Origin: Nitrososphaerota archaeon
Lineage (GTDB): Archaea; Thermoproteota; EX4484-205; JAAOZP01
DNA: 64,000 nt
Direction: 5' to 3'
Assembly: GCA_011605725.1 (NCBI GenBank)
Contig: JAAOZP010000011.1
Location: forward strand, 32,001 to 96,000
Shown: in pieces, positions 54,812 to 64,000 of the stretch
Layout: each line of letters begins with the position of its first letter
How positions within the stretch are numbered: position 1 is the first letter of the stretch
Notes under the pieces: generated by a model
What the model saw: only the letters and a program-made list of their open reading frames with translations
Database searches by the model: none
Told to the model about the DNA's origin: nothing
Position numbers and translations under genes: made by a program

Positions 54812-55315
54812 ATGTCAAGATCCCCACTGCCATACAGCCGGAAGATACTTGAGCTCTTCAGGAACCCTAGGAACCTTGGGAGGATGGAGGATGCTACTGT
54901 TTCAGCCACAGCGGGAAGCCCTGCGTGTGGAGACATGATAGCGTTCTACCTTAAGATTGATGAGAACAGTGTTATAACCCGTGCGAGCTTTGAAAGCTAC
55001 GGGTGTGCTGCGAACATAGCTACTGCCAGCATGCTTACGGAGATGGTGGAGGGTAAGAGTCTTGAGGAGGCCTGGAAGATAGGGTGGAAAGATGTTGCTG
55101 AAGAAGTGGGAGGACTGCCAGCGGTCAAGCTCCACTGCGGGGTCCTAGCGGTTGGCGCGCTTAGGAGAGCAATAAGAGAGTTTTTCAGAAGGAAAGGGTT
55201 TAAGCCGGAATGGATGCCGGAAAACGAGACTTTCGAGGAGAAACAGGCTTTGGAGGAAGAGGAGCTGGCAAAAATTATTTCCAGGAGAGTGAAGCTTGGA
55301 GAAGAGGGAAAATGA
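54812..55315 (+). CDS. iscU: IscU/NifU-N Fe-S scaffold
   Basis: YS......NP.N.G, ACGD, GC and K.HC give the three scaffold Cys. Confidence 0.93.
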   Translation: MSRSPLPYSRKILELFRNPRNLGRMEDATVSATAGSPACGDMIAFYLKIDENSVITRASFESYGCAANIATASMLTEMVEGKSLEEAWKIGWKDVAEEVGGLPAVKLHCGVLAVGALRRAIREFFRRKGFKPEWMPENETFEEKQALEEEELAKIISRRVKLGEEGK

Positions 55316-55581
55316 TTCAGGAATATGTGAGTAGGATAGAGGAGGCTTGTGGAGCAGGCAAGACGAAGGATTACATCGTAATACTGAAACAGGATAAGAG
55401 GGAGGATGCTCTTAGGAGGATTCTTGAAAAAAGCAGGGTTTTAGCTGAGGTTCACGGGGTGGCTGTGAAAGCAAGCTTCAAGAATAGGGAGTTCACAGCC
55501 TTCACTAACGGTAGACTAATGTTTAAGGCTCTCAAAGATAGGGATGAGTTGAAGACCCTGCTTGAAGAGCTTTTAAAATAG
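55312..55581 (+). CDS. Small hypothetical protein coupled to iscU
   Basis: ATGA start/stop overlap with iscU; 89 aa with a single Cys (EEACG) and a F.NGRL motif. Confidence 0.65.
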   Translation: MIQEYVSRIEEACGAGKTKDYIVILKQDKREDALRRILEKSRVLAEVHGVAVKASFKNREFTAFTNGRLMFKALKDRDELKTLLEELLK

Positions 55582-55613
55582 AGTGGTTCGCTTAATAAAG
55601 CTGAGGAAGAGCA

Positions 55614-56759
55614 TTATTCTCCGAATGCTCTCACATATATTTTCTTAATGTCGCCTGGAGTCAACGGGTTAGGATGCTTATCCAGGTTCCTCCCGTAAGA
55701 GAGCGCGTCTACAACCATAGCGTCAAGCTCAGAAGGCTTAACACCCAGTTTTAAAAGGCTTCTTGGAACACCTGTCCTCTGAGCAGCCTCCTCAATCTTT
55801 TCAACAAGGCTTATCCCTTTTCCAAAGCCAAGCTTAACCGCAGCATCCTCAAGCCTATCAAGGCCTCTGTCAAGCTCAAACCTTAAGACGTGGGGAAGAA
55901 GAACACCGTTTGCAAGACCATGGTGCACACCATGATAGTTTGTCAAATAGTATCCCATGCCGTGGACAGCCACGGTTCCGGCACAGTTTATCGCCACTCC
56001 TGCAAGCATACTGGCGTAAAGCATGTTCTCCCTGGCTTCAGCCACCCCTTTCGCTGCTTCAACAATATTGCCCAGTATTATCCGCGCCGCCTCTAGGGCG
56101 AAGAAGTCGGAGAAAGGCGTGGATTCTTTCGAGAGATATGCTTCTAAAGCATGGGAAAACGCGTCGAAACCCGTGTATGCAGTAAGCTCTTTCGAAAGAC
56201 TGTTGAGAAGGTTAGCGTCAGCTATCGCAAGGCTGGGTGTAAGAGGGTCTCCGATCAGGACCTCCTTCCTTTTTCTCCAGACGCTCGTTAACACAGCATA
56301 CTTAGTGACCTCGCTCCCTGTGCCGCACGTGGTTGGAACAGCCACTATGGGAAGTGCTTCAGCAACCTCTTTCGGAGCAAAGTTTTCCTCAAGTCTAGTC
56401 TTGCTTTTCAAAAGGAATGCGATGCCCTTTGCAGCATCCATTGCACTCCCGCCTCCCAGTGCCACTACAAGGTTGCAAGCGTTTTTCAAGCCTTCTTCAG
56501 CACCTTTGTAAACAGTTTCGGTTGAAGGATTGGGCTCAACGTTGTCGAACACTACGGCCTTTAAACCTGCTTCTTCAAGCATTTCAACAACGGTTTTTAA
56601 GTATCCGCTTCTCCTGGCGAAGCTTCTGCCTGTAACAAGTAGACACCTGTCTCCAAGCCTAGCTGCTTCAACACCGAGTCTGGTTAAGCTTCCCCTTCCG
56701 AAAACGATTCTCGTCCGCAGGTTGAACGCGAAGGGTTTCATAGATGGTTGGTTAGCCAT
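55614..56759 (-). CDS. Iron-containing alcohol dehydrogenase
   Basis: EPNP, GGGS.MDAAK, PTT.GTGSE, D...H..E, H...Y and HG.AN motifs. Confidence 0.92.
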   Translation of the reverse strand: MANQPSMKPFAFNLRTRIVFGRGSLTRLGVEAARLGDRCLLVTGRSFARRSGYLKTVVEMLEEAGLKAVVFDNVEPNPSTETVYKGAEEGLKNACNLVVALGGGSAMDAAKGIAFLLKSKTRLEENFAPKEVAEALPIVAVPTTCGTGSEVTKYAVLTSVWRKRKEVLIGDPLTPSLAIADANLLNSLSKELTAYTGFDAFSHALEAYLSKESTPFSDFFALEAARIILGNIVEAAKGVAEARENMLYASMLAGVAINCAGTVAVHGMGYYLTNYHGVHHGLANGVLLPHVLRFELDRGLDRLEDAAVKLGFGKGISLVEKIEEAAQRTGVPRSLLKLGVKPSELDAMVVDALSYGRNLDKHPNPLTPGDIKKIYVRAFGE

Positions 56760-56884
56760 ATGAGTCTGGATACTTATTCTTTTTCGCCTGCTTACAGCTG
56801 CTCAAAGTTGCTTACAAAGGCTTTACACGTATTTTTATGCAAGGTTTTTAAAGCTTATTATAAGGATGCTTAAATAACCGTCCG

Positions 56885-58093
56885 ATGAAAACATTCCGCC
56901 TACTGGTTTCGCTTGACGAGGCGCTTAAACTGATCTACGGGAGGATAAGGCCGGTGGAGAGGGTTGAAGAGGTTGACCTAGATGATGCTGTGGGAAGGGT
57001 TTCTGCAGAGGATGTGAAGGCTCCTTTCGACGTTCCTTCTTTCAACAGGTCTGCGATGGATGGGTACTGCGTGAGGGCTGAGGATGTCTACGGTGCCAGC
57101 CAGTTTAACCCTGTCAGGCTCAGGGTTGTTGACGCTATTAGTGTTGACGAGAAGCCTAGGCGGCAGGTAGGAGCTGGAGAATGCATCCAGGTTGCTACGG
57201 GAAGCATTATTCCAGATGGTGGTGACGCAGTATTAATGTATGAGCATACTGAGCGTATCGATGGAGAAATCCTTGTGTATAGGCCTGTCTACCCTGGTGA
57301 GAACATTTCTAAGAAGGGGTCAGATATTCCTTGTGGAAAAGAGGTTGTTAAGAACGGAGATTACATTAATGCTTCTAAGATAGGTGTTTTAGCTGCTCTA
57401 GGGATAGCTAGAGTCAGGGTTTACGAGAAACCGAGGGTCCTTATAATCCCGACTGGAAGCGAGCTGGCTAAGGTTGGCGAGGATAAGTCAGCAATACAAA
57501 TATACGACATAAACTCTCATACTCTCGCCGCCGTGGTTAAGGCGAATGGGGGAATACCTGTTTTACACGAGATTGTTCCGGACGATGAAAAGGAGATTGA
57601 AAAAGCGTTGGAGAAAGGTGTTGAGAGTAGTCTTATCGTGATAACTGGGGGGAGCTCAGTCGGTGCGAAGGACATTATTTACGAGGTGCTTAGTAAAAAT
57701 GGAGAGGTACTTTTCCACGGTGTACAGGTTAAGCCTGGGAAACCTACTGTAGGAGCCGTCTTTAAAGACAGGGTTGTGCTAGCCATGCCTGGACACCCTA
57801 CTTCCTGTTTGAGCAACGCATACCTTTTTCTCAGACCTGTTTTGAGAAGGATTGCTAGGCTGCCGGACACAGGCTTGAAGACGGTTAGAGCTGTGCTCAG
57901 TAGAAGGGTTGTTTCAACCCTGGGGAGAAGGTTCTTCCTGACGGTTAGGCTGAGAAACGGTGAGGCTGAGCCTGTTTTCAAAGAGTCGTCGGCGATAACC
58001 AGCATGGCTGAGGCCGACGGGTATGTCGTGATACCTGAGAATGCTGACACGATTGAAAAAGGAGACTGGGTTGAAGTCTACTTGTTCGAGTAA
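56885..58093 (+). CDS. moeA: Molybdopterin molybdo-/tungsto-transferase MoeA
   Basis: P.F.RSAMDGY, ATG, TG.EL, D.N, TGGSS.G.KD, KPGKP and PG.P.S motifs. Confidence 0.95.
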   Translation: MKTFRLLVSLDEALKLIYGRIRPVERVEEVDLDDAVGRVSAEDVKAPFDVPSFNRSAMDGYCVRAEDVYGASQFNPVRLRVVDAISVDEKPRRQVGAGECIQVATGSIIPDGGDAVLMYEHTERIDGEILVYRPVYPGENISKKGSDIPCGKEVVKNGDYINASKIGVLAALGIARVRVYEKPRVLIIPTGSELAKVGEDKSAIQIYDINSHTLAAVVKANGGIPVLHEIVPDDEKEIEKALEKGVESSLIVITGGSSVGAKDIIYEVLSKNGEVLFHGVQVKPGKPTVGAVFKDRVVLAMPGHPTSCLSNAYLFLRPVLRRIARLPDTGLKTVRAVLSRRVVSTLGRRFFLTVRLRNGEAEPVFKESSAITSMAEADGYVVIPENADTIEKGDWVEVYLFE

Positions 58094-58138
58094 GCAGCCG
58101 CAGTTAGGTTTATATCCTCAGGGGCTGAGAAGAACAGA

Positions 58139-59407
58139 ATGGTCAGAAGTAGAGTCTGGAAGATTCCGGTCGTGATTGTTTTCATCATTGTTTCAACCGT
58201 GTGCTTGTTTGTTAATGCTGATGAAGTCAGGGTTAACTGGCTGGTTGAAAGCAATCCAGGCTTTCTTTTCGACGTTGCTTTCTCAACCTGTGAGAATGGC
58301 TTATACATTTATGTTGCCGGCTTCGACTCCTCTACTGAGAACGGTGTTTTACGGCCGCGGGTTGAAAAGAGGCTTAAAAGCGATGGCTCGCTGGTTAAAA
58401 ACTGGACATTCATGTCCTCAGAGTACGGTGGATTAATATATGATTGCGTAATATCTGGAGACAGGATTTATGCGGCTGGATCAGCATATTCAGCCAATGA
58501 AAGCACGTGGATAGTTCTCGTTCTGGATACAGACCTGAACCTGCTAAGCTTTGTAAACCTTACATCGATACGTGGAGCAGCGATTTCATCCTTTTGCGAC
58601 CAAGCTTTTCTCTATGTTGCCGGTGTAAACGTAAACGGTTCGAGTGCGGGAACACGTGTTATAAAAATGAGGCTTAGTGATCTGAGCCTAGTTGACGAGT
58701 ATGTTTCTAATCTTTCAGATGTGAATTATGCTTACGATATCTCCGTAAACCCGTTGAGCAGTCAGATATGGGTTGTGGGAAACGTTAACTCTGAAAAATG
58801 GAGGGTTGAAATCCTCGACATGGATCTGAACCCGGTTGAAGGCTTTGAGACAAGTATTGGTGCATCAGCGACTTCAATAGGTTTTGACGATGAAGGGTAC
58901 TCGTATGTTGCTGGGGACGGTGCTGTGATTAAGCTTAACAAGAATAGAGAAGAGGTTAAGAGATATGTTGAACCAGTGCTTTTCTCGAAAACCCTGTGGT
59001 TAAACAATCGTCTTTACGTTGCGGGCGGGGAGAGCATGGGCGGGAACAGTATGCAGGTTCTGTATGTGTTCGACCGGGAGCTTAATCTCTTGAACAAGAC
59101 GGTCATAAGCATGAGTATGGGTACGGATGCAATGTTCCTCATGGGTAAAATGGCTTCCGACGGTGAAAACATTTACGTGGCGGGCTTCGCGTACCTCGGC
59201 TACTATGATTACGAATGGGTCGTGTACTCGATAAAAGTCGACAGTTCTCAAGCACAGTGGTATGTGAAACACTGGCACATGATGATTTCTGCGGTACTCG
59301 TGTCTGTTTCAGCCTTACTTCTGCTGCTTATGAGGAGAAAAAGGAAGCTGCAGCGGGCTTCTCCTGAAGAACGCTCTTCAAAAACAGATGGGCAGCGGGT
59401 CCTATAA
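58139..59407 (+). CDS. Secreted membrane-anchored beta-propeller-like protein
   Basis: Signal peptide, repeated IYVAG/LYVAG blade motifs, C-terminal TM helix followed by RRKRK. Confidence 0.7.
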   Translation: MVRSRVWKIPVVIVFIIVSTVCLFVNADEVRVNWLVESNPGFLFDVAFSTCENGLYIYVAGFDSSTENGVLRPRVEKRLKSDGSLVKNWTFMSSEYGGLIYDCVISGDRIYAAGSAYSANESTWIVLVLDTDLNLLSFVNLTSIRGAAISSFCDQAFLYVAGVNVNGSSAGTRVIKMRLSDLSLVDEYVSNLSDVNYAYDISVNPLSSQIWVVGNVNSEKWRVEILDMDLNPVEGFETSIGASATSIGFDDEGYSYVAGDGAVIKLNKNREEVKRYVEPVLFSKTLWLNNRLYVAGGESMGGNSMQVLYVFDRELNLLNKTVISMSMGTDAMFLMGKMASDGENIYVAGFAYLGYYDYEWVVYSIKVDSSQAQWYVKHWHMMISAVLVSVSALLLLLMRRKRKLQRASPEERSSKTDGQRVL

Positions 59408-60403
59408 TTCTTCTATCGTTATTTCCCTATTCTCCTCAGCAGACTTTCTAGCTGAAAGAACTAGGTTCAGGCTTCTAGCACCCTCCTCAATAGGGTTCCT
59501 CGTTGAAGCATCTTTCTTTATGGCGTTGAGAAAATCCAGGTTTACGGCCTCTGAAAGGTTCTTTTTCGAAGCCACAGTAACCTGCTCCTCCCACGGCTTA
59601 TTCGTACGAGTGAAAACAGCGTTATTAGCATCGGTGAAGAAAACAGTCAGGTTTCTTGAAACGATGTTCAACTCGTGAAGCCACTTGTTGGGTATTGCGA
59701 AATTCGTAGCGGATATTGCTCCAAGTCCTCCATGCTTAAACCTTAAGATGGATATGCTGACATCCTCCACAGTATAGCCTTCAACATCCTTATGGAAAAG
59801 ATTATCCATCCTGCAGTATACGCTGTAAGGCTCTCCAGCCATAAACCTTGAGAGATCGTAAAGATGTATGATTTGCTCAACAACCTGTCCGCCACTCTTA
59901 GACTTGTCTCTCCACCAGGGCGAGTGCAGAGAATTACAGTAATACTTCGCTAAGAACAGGCCGACGGGCCCAGCCTCCCCGTGTTCAGCCATCTTCTTAA
60001 AATACTCGACAGCAGCTCCGAATCTCAGCTGGAATCCTACTTGCGTCTTTATGCTGTGCCTTCTTGCGGCGTCAACCATGCTTCTCGCCTTCACCATGTC
60101 TAAGGCTATGGGTTTCTCGATGAAAACGTGAACACCGTTTTCAGCCGCGATTTCAACCTCGTTTGAATGCGCGAATGGAGGTAGGCAGACATAGACAGCG
60201 TCGAGCTTCTCCCTCTCCAGCATTCTGGTGAAATCAGTATATACTGCAGCATTACCCTTTGCATATTTAGCATTGAACTCTCTAGCCTTATCCTCAACAA
60301 TATCGCAGAAAGAAACTAGTTGAACCTCATTCATGTTTGAGAGAACCTGCATATGCGCGTTCGCTATGCCTCCGCAACCTATTAAACCTATTCTGAGGAC
60401 CAT
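59402..60403 (-). CDS. Gfo/Idh/MocA-family oxidoreductase
   Basis: GCGGIA, H.F.EKP, GFQ.RF and SGG...EQ..H..D motifs. Confidence 0.92.
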   Translation of the reverse strand: MVLRIGLIGCGGIANAHMQVLSNMNEVQLVSFCDIVEDKAREFNAKYAKGNAAVYTDFTRMLEREKLDAVYVCLPPFAHSNEVEIAAENGVHVFIEKPIALDMVKARSMVDAARRHSIKTQVGFQLRFGAAVEYFKKMAEHGEAGPVGLFLAKYYCNSLHSPWWRDKSKSGGQVVEQIIHLYDLSRFMAGEPYSVYCRMDNLFHKDVEGYTVEDVSISILRFKHGGLGAISATNFAIPNKWLHELNIVSRNLTVFFTDANNAVFTRTNKPWEEQVTVASKKNLSEAVNLDFLNAIKKDASTRNPIEEGARSLNLVLSARKSAEENREITIEEL

Positions 60404-60461
60404 GGCTCAACAGGTTTTTTAGAAGAGTAATAAACTTAACTCTGTAGACTCGTAGACACGG

Positions 60462-61508
60462 CTACCGATACCAGTCTAAACTATCCTCAACATAGGTAAT
60501 CATGCTGTAGAAGAAATCCTTCGCTTCACTATTCATACTTGTTTCAGCGATCAGTCTCCTAGCCTCCTCAGCATGCTTTTTAGAGGTTTTCTTAGCTTTT
60601 TCAAGACCACCGGTAAGCCTGACAAGGCTTCTAATCTTCTCAACCTCATCCCCGCTAAGATTTACCCTTCCTCTCAGGCTTTTCAAGAAGCAGGATACTT
60701 CAGGATCAGACGACTCTAAAGCATGGATTATGTGAAGAGGCTTCTTGCCCAGCCTTATGTCTCCGCAGGGAAGCCTACCATACTCATTTTCAGAAGCATA
60801 AGTGTCTATTATGTCGTCCTGAATGTCGAAAGCATAACCAATGTTTACAGCAGCCTCCTTAAGGAGGTGAAGATCCTTCGCTGGAGCATCCCCCAGAATC
60901 CCTCCAGTGAGCATTGTAACCTTGAAGAGGGATGCTGCCCTTTTAGACGCCATGACACGCCATTCCGCAGCATTCACATCCCGGTACTCGAAAAGGAGGT
61001 CAAGCATCTGGCTCTCGTTAACCTCCCTATAGCCTTGTGAAAGCAGGAGCAAAGCCTCAGCAGTCTTCTCAACAGGGAATCCTGAGGAAATTACTGTTTG
61101 AACAGCCAGCGAGTAAGCTATGTTTCCGATGAAAACAGCCACGGCTTCTCCAAGCCTTTCGTCGAACAAGTCTGAGAAAACCCTGTGGATTGTTTTCCCT
61201 CCTCTCCTGTTCTCCTCCTTATCTACGAGATCGTCGTGAACCAGGATGCTCTGCCTGTAAATCTCAATACCGGCACAGACGTTAAGTATTTTCTCATCGA
61301 CAGTGTCTACATAGCCCTTATACGTGGCGAGAGTGCTGCAGGAGGCTAGCCTCTTACCTTTTCGAAGAGTAAACTCCTTCAAGCAACTGTAAGCGTCTTT
61401 TACAAACAGATGATAGCTCTCAGCTTCCTCAATGGTTTTCGAGAAGATTCCTTCAACCTTTTTCTCAATCATCGTACTATACTCCTTGAGAGCTGCCTCC
61501 CAACCCAT
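60462..61508 (-). CDS. Polyprenyl diphosphate synthase (GGPP synthase-like)
   Basis: GKR, FARM HDDLVD..RRG, Q.LD, SARM QDDIID and D...GK motifs. Confidence 0.9.
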   Translation of the reverse strand: MGWEAALKEYSTMIEKKVEGIFSKTIEEAESYHLFVKDAYSCLKEFTLRKGKRLASCSTLATYKGYVDTVDEKILNVCAGIEIYRQSILVHDDLVDKEENRRGGKTIHRVFSDLFDERLGEAVAVFIGNIAYSLAVQTVISSGFPVEKTAEALLLLSQGYREVNESQMLDLLFEYRDVNAAEWRVMASKRAASLFKVTMLTGGILGDAPAKDLHLLKEAAVNIGYAFDIQDDIIDTYASENEYGRLPCGDIRLGKKPLHIIHALESSDPEVSCFLKSLRGRVNLSGDEVEKIRSLVRLTGGLEKAKKTSKKHAEEARRLIAETSMNSEAKDFFYSMITYVEDSLDWYR

Positions 61509-61610
61509 ACTGGTTGAGAGACCGCTGTGAGCTCATAAACCTTAAGGTTTGAGTCCTGAACCCTGTGGTTTGAAAAATTATATAAATATCGAAGGAGGCG
61601 TTACGCTAGG

Positions 61611-62597
61611 ATGGTTAAGCACGCTCAGCGCGAAGAATCCTTTAAAATAGGCATACTCAGAATCCTGAGTGAGAGTAACGAGCCAGTGGGTTCAACAACT
61701 ATAAGCAGGGAACTTGTTAAAAGAGGCTTATTCACCAATGAGAGAACAGTGAGAAACTATTTGAAGACTCTTGAAGATAAGGGTCTTGTCCTTAGCCGTG
61801 GTAAGAATGGGCGTTTGATAACTGAAGCTGGGCTTAAAGAGCTAATCGATTCCCTTACGTATCAGCGTTTAGACTTTGTTCTTACACGCTATCTTTCACT
61901 CGCATACTTGGTAACATTCACGCCCAAGTCTAACAGGGGCAGGGTTGTCGCAAACGTAACTCTCATAGACAAGAATCATCTTGACAGGGCTCTTGAAGTC
62001 TTGCGGAGCCTTAACGACGCTAAGCTGCTTCTCGCACCCTTCCTCAAAATAATAGATGAGGGAGAAACGTATGAGAATATTTCTGTAGACAAGGACAGAG
62101 CTGCCCTTCTAACGGTATGCAACCTGACTGTCGACGGGATTCTCATAAGATCGGGAATACCATTGATCCTTAAGTACGGCGGGATACTGCAGTTTGTAAA
62201 CAAGAAGCCCATGAGATTCGTGGAGCTAATGTCTTACGAGGGCACAACCGTGCCTCCTCTTGAAGTCTTCACGTACAGAAATATGACTTCAATAACGGGT
62301 TTCTTGAAAACCGGGACTGGTTTAATACCTGCAAACTACAGGGAGATACCGAAGGAGGCGCGGGACAGGGTTGAGTCAATACTTTCAAACCTGTCTTTAA
62401 TAGGCTGGAACATTCTGTCAGTAATCGGCCTCCCGGAGGAGCCTATGCTAGGAGTACCTGTTGGAGCCGGCAGGTGCGGTGTCTCCATCATAAGCGGAGT
62501 AACCCCTACCGCAGCCTTGAAGGAGACAGGTTTGAACGTCGAGGTTTTCGCACCTCATTGCTTGACGAGGATTGAAGACATGAAGCCGATCGAATAA
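61611..62597 (+). CDS. nrpR: NrpR-family regulator (wHTH plus a single DUF128/NRD domain, NrpRI-like)
   Basis: wHTH segment (ERTVR.YL..L...GL...GR.IT..G) and NRD motifs TVC..T.DG, RF...Y.GT..P and ANYRE.P. Confidence 0.85.
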   Translation: MVKHAQREESFKIGILRILSESNEPVGSTTISRELVKRGLFTNERTVRNYLKTLEDKGLVLSRGKNGRLITEAGLKELIDSLTYQRLDFVLTRYLSLAYLVTFTPKSNRGRVVANVTLIDKNHLDRALEVLRSLNDAKLLLAPFLKIIDEGETYENISVDKDRAALLTVCNLTVDGILIRSGIPLILKYGGILQFVNKKPMRFVELMSYEGTTVPPLEVFTYRNMTSITGFLKTGTGLIPANYREIPKEARDRVESILSNLSLIGWNILSVIGLPEEPMLGVPVGAGRCGVSIISGVTPTAALKETGLNVEVFAPHCLTRIEDMKPIE

Positions 62598-62693
62598 GTT
62601 GTTTCTTAATCAAAGAATCTTGAAAAAGAGTATTAGAAAAAAGGATCCGGGGCTAACTATTTTTCAAGCATTATGCACTTTCAACGTAGCGCG

Positions 62694-63659
62694 CTACCAC
62701 CAGGGCTTAACCTCAGGGGGCTCAACGCGCACCAGAGGCTTAAGGAAGAACAATGCCTGCTCAACACCGGAGTCCCTGCTGAAACACGGGTCTTCGTGTT
62801 CAACGCTTAAAACATAGTTGTAACCCGTTTCAAGCAGAGCTGTTATTACATTCCGCCAGGGAACCTGGCCCCAACCGACTGTCCTGAACCTCACTGGCCT
62901 CGCAACCCTGTTCCACGGTCCATATGCTAAAACCCCTGTTTTATCAGCCGTGTAGTGGACAACCTCAACATCTTTCGCGTGAACATGGAATATTCTGTCG
63001 TGAAGCTCATATATGAACGCAACGGGACTCATATGCTGCCAGATGAAGTGTGAAGGATCATAGTTGAAGCCGAGCGCCTTATGTCCTCCAGCAGACTCAA
63101 CCAGAGCCTTAGCCGTATCAAGATTATAGTTTAGCTCCATCGGGTGTGTTTCAAAAGCGATTTTAACCCCATGGTCGCTCGCGTAGTCAAGAATAGGAAG
63201 CCATCTTTCCCTGAATATTTTGAAGTAGTTATTCCAAATCTCCTCGTTCGTCGGTGGAAAGTTATACCATTTTCCCCACTCAGGTACGCCGGTGAAACCG
63301 CATACCACTGGCACGTTGAGTGTTTGCGCTGCCTCTATGGTTTTCTTCATCCTGCTGACGCCGTATTCGATTTTCTCCTTAGGTGTTCCTTTAAACCAGA
63401 TGTCTGTCGACTCGTCATGCGGTCCAAGTATAAGCTGGCTTTCAAGATGGTTGCTTAACGCGGATATTTGCATCCCAAACCTGGTTACGAGGCTTCTTAT
63501 TTCACCCGCCCCGCCTGAGGTGACATGTTCAATGTTGATATGGCTCGAGCCCTTCCAGCATGCCAGTTCAACAGCCTCGTAGCCCAGGGAAGAGACGTAT
63601 TCCAACGTTTTGTCAAGCGGCCGATCGTTGTACAGAACCGTGAAAATGCCTACCTTCAT
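62694..63659 (-). CDS. Sugar phosphate isomerase/epimerase (IolE/IolH-like TIM barrel)
   Basis: ELACW, SNH, E.HP, NYDPSH, H.HAKD, FR..G.G and S.EHED motifs. Confidence 0.88.
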   Translation of the reverse strand: MKVGIFTVLYNDRPLDKTLEYVSSLGYEAVELACWKGSSHINIEHVTSGGAGEIRSLVTRFGMQISALSNHLESQLILGPHDESTDIWFKGTPKEKIEYGVSRMKKTIEAAQTLNVPVVCGFTGVPEWGKWYNFPPTNEEIWNNYFKIFRERWLPILDYASDHGVKIAFETHPMELNYNLDTAKALVESAGGHKALGFNYDPSHFIWQHMSPVAFIYELHDRIFHVHAKDVEVVHYTADKTGVLAYGPWNRVARPVRFRTVGWGQVPWRNVITALLETGYNYVLSVEHEDPCFSRDSGVEQALFFLKPLVRVEPPEVKPWW

Positions 63660-63713
63660 GTCTCAACACCAAGTTTTAAATAACTATCTCGTGAATATAA
63701 ATGTATCACCCAG

Positions 63714-64000
63714 TTGAAAACCCGGTTTGACAAGGTTACGATCGAAGCATTAATAATCCTCATGGGGGATGTTAATTCAAGCGAGTTGGTATTCCTCCCA
63801 CCGGGTCTCTCCCAAGTTTTCAGCACGGTGCATTTCAATATGTATGAAGAGGCTCTCAGGCTGCCGGCCTACGCCTACGACAAGTCTAGGAGGCAGTATA
63901 ATTCTACACTCGTACTAGAGTACCTCACAATGTCCAAGCCCAGAGGCTACGTGAAGTGTCTCGGGGTTACGGATGCCGACCTTTACGCCGGAGAGTTGAA
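63714..64000 (+). CDS. amzA: Archaemetzincin Zn-metalloprotease, N-terminal part (truncated by window end)
   Basis: Manual translation gives ...AYAYDKSRRQYNS...LGVTDADLYAGEL, matching the AMZ motifs R.QY.S and GVT..DLY. Not in the ORF track. Confidence 0.75.
   Translation, partial: MKTRFDKVTIEALIILMGDVNSSELVFLPPGLSQVFSTVHFNMYEEALRLPAYAYDKSRRQYNSTLVLEYLTMSKPRGYVKCLGVTDADLYAGEL

Noticed and set aside
1-64000. rRNA, tRNA, CRISPR arrays, transposases, integrases
   Set aside because: None were recognisable by eye, and the intergenic gaps are short with no repeat arrays. A tRNAscan/Infernal run would be needed to exclude small RNAs fully.

Overview
This is a gene-dense chromosomal segment (about 55 CDS) from an archaeon. 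The archaeal call rests on a PolB3-type DNA polymerase, GAPN, AMP phosphorylase, archaemetzincin, NrpR, an archaeal-type peroxiredoxin and BRE/TATA promoters with short or absent leaders. The gene content suggests a heterotrophic, sugar-degrading TACK/Thermoproteota lineage such as Brockarchaeia or Bathyarchaeia (inference only). I saw no rRNA, tRNA, CRISPR array or transposase. The main finding is a compact divergent locus at 27.3-32.1 kb that resembles a bacterial peptidoglycan (MurNAc) recovery pathway: a GlmA-like tandem GNAT, a PIG-L deacetylase, a NamZ exo-N-acetylmuramidase and a MurK-like kinase, with murQ divergent. It sits in an archaeon that is not expected to make murein. A cytoplasmic GH20 hexosaminidase and a second GlmA-like GNAT lie about 20 kb away. 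Together these suggest a system for scavenging bacterial cell-wall necromass. Other notable items: a PolB with intact polymerase motifs but an eroded proofreading exonuclease; an IscS that has lost several PLP/substrate residues but keeps its Cys loop; an ABC permease fused to a CAAX/Abi protease near a site-2 protease; three unrelated membrane proteins ending in poly-proline tails; and a sugar-catabolic cluster containing an oversized transaldolase and two URO-D-like proteins.
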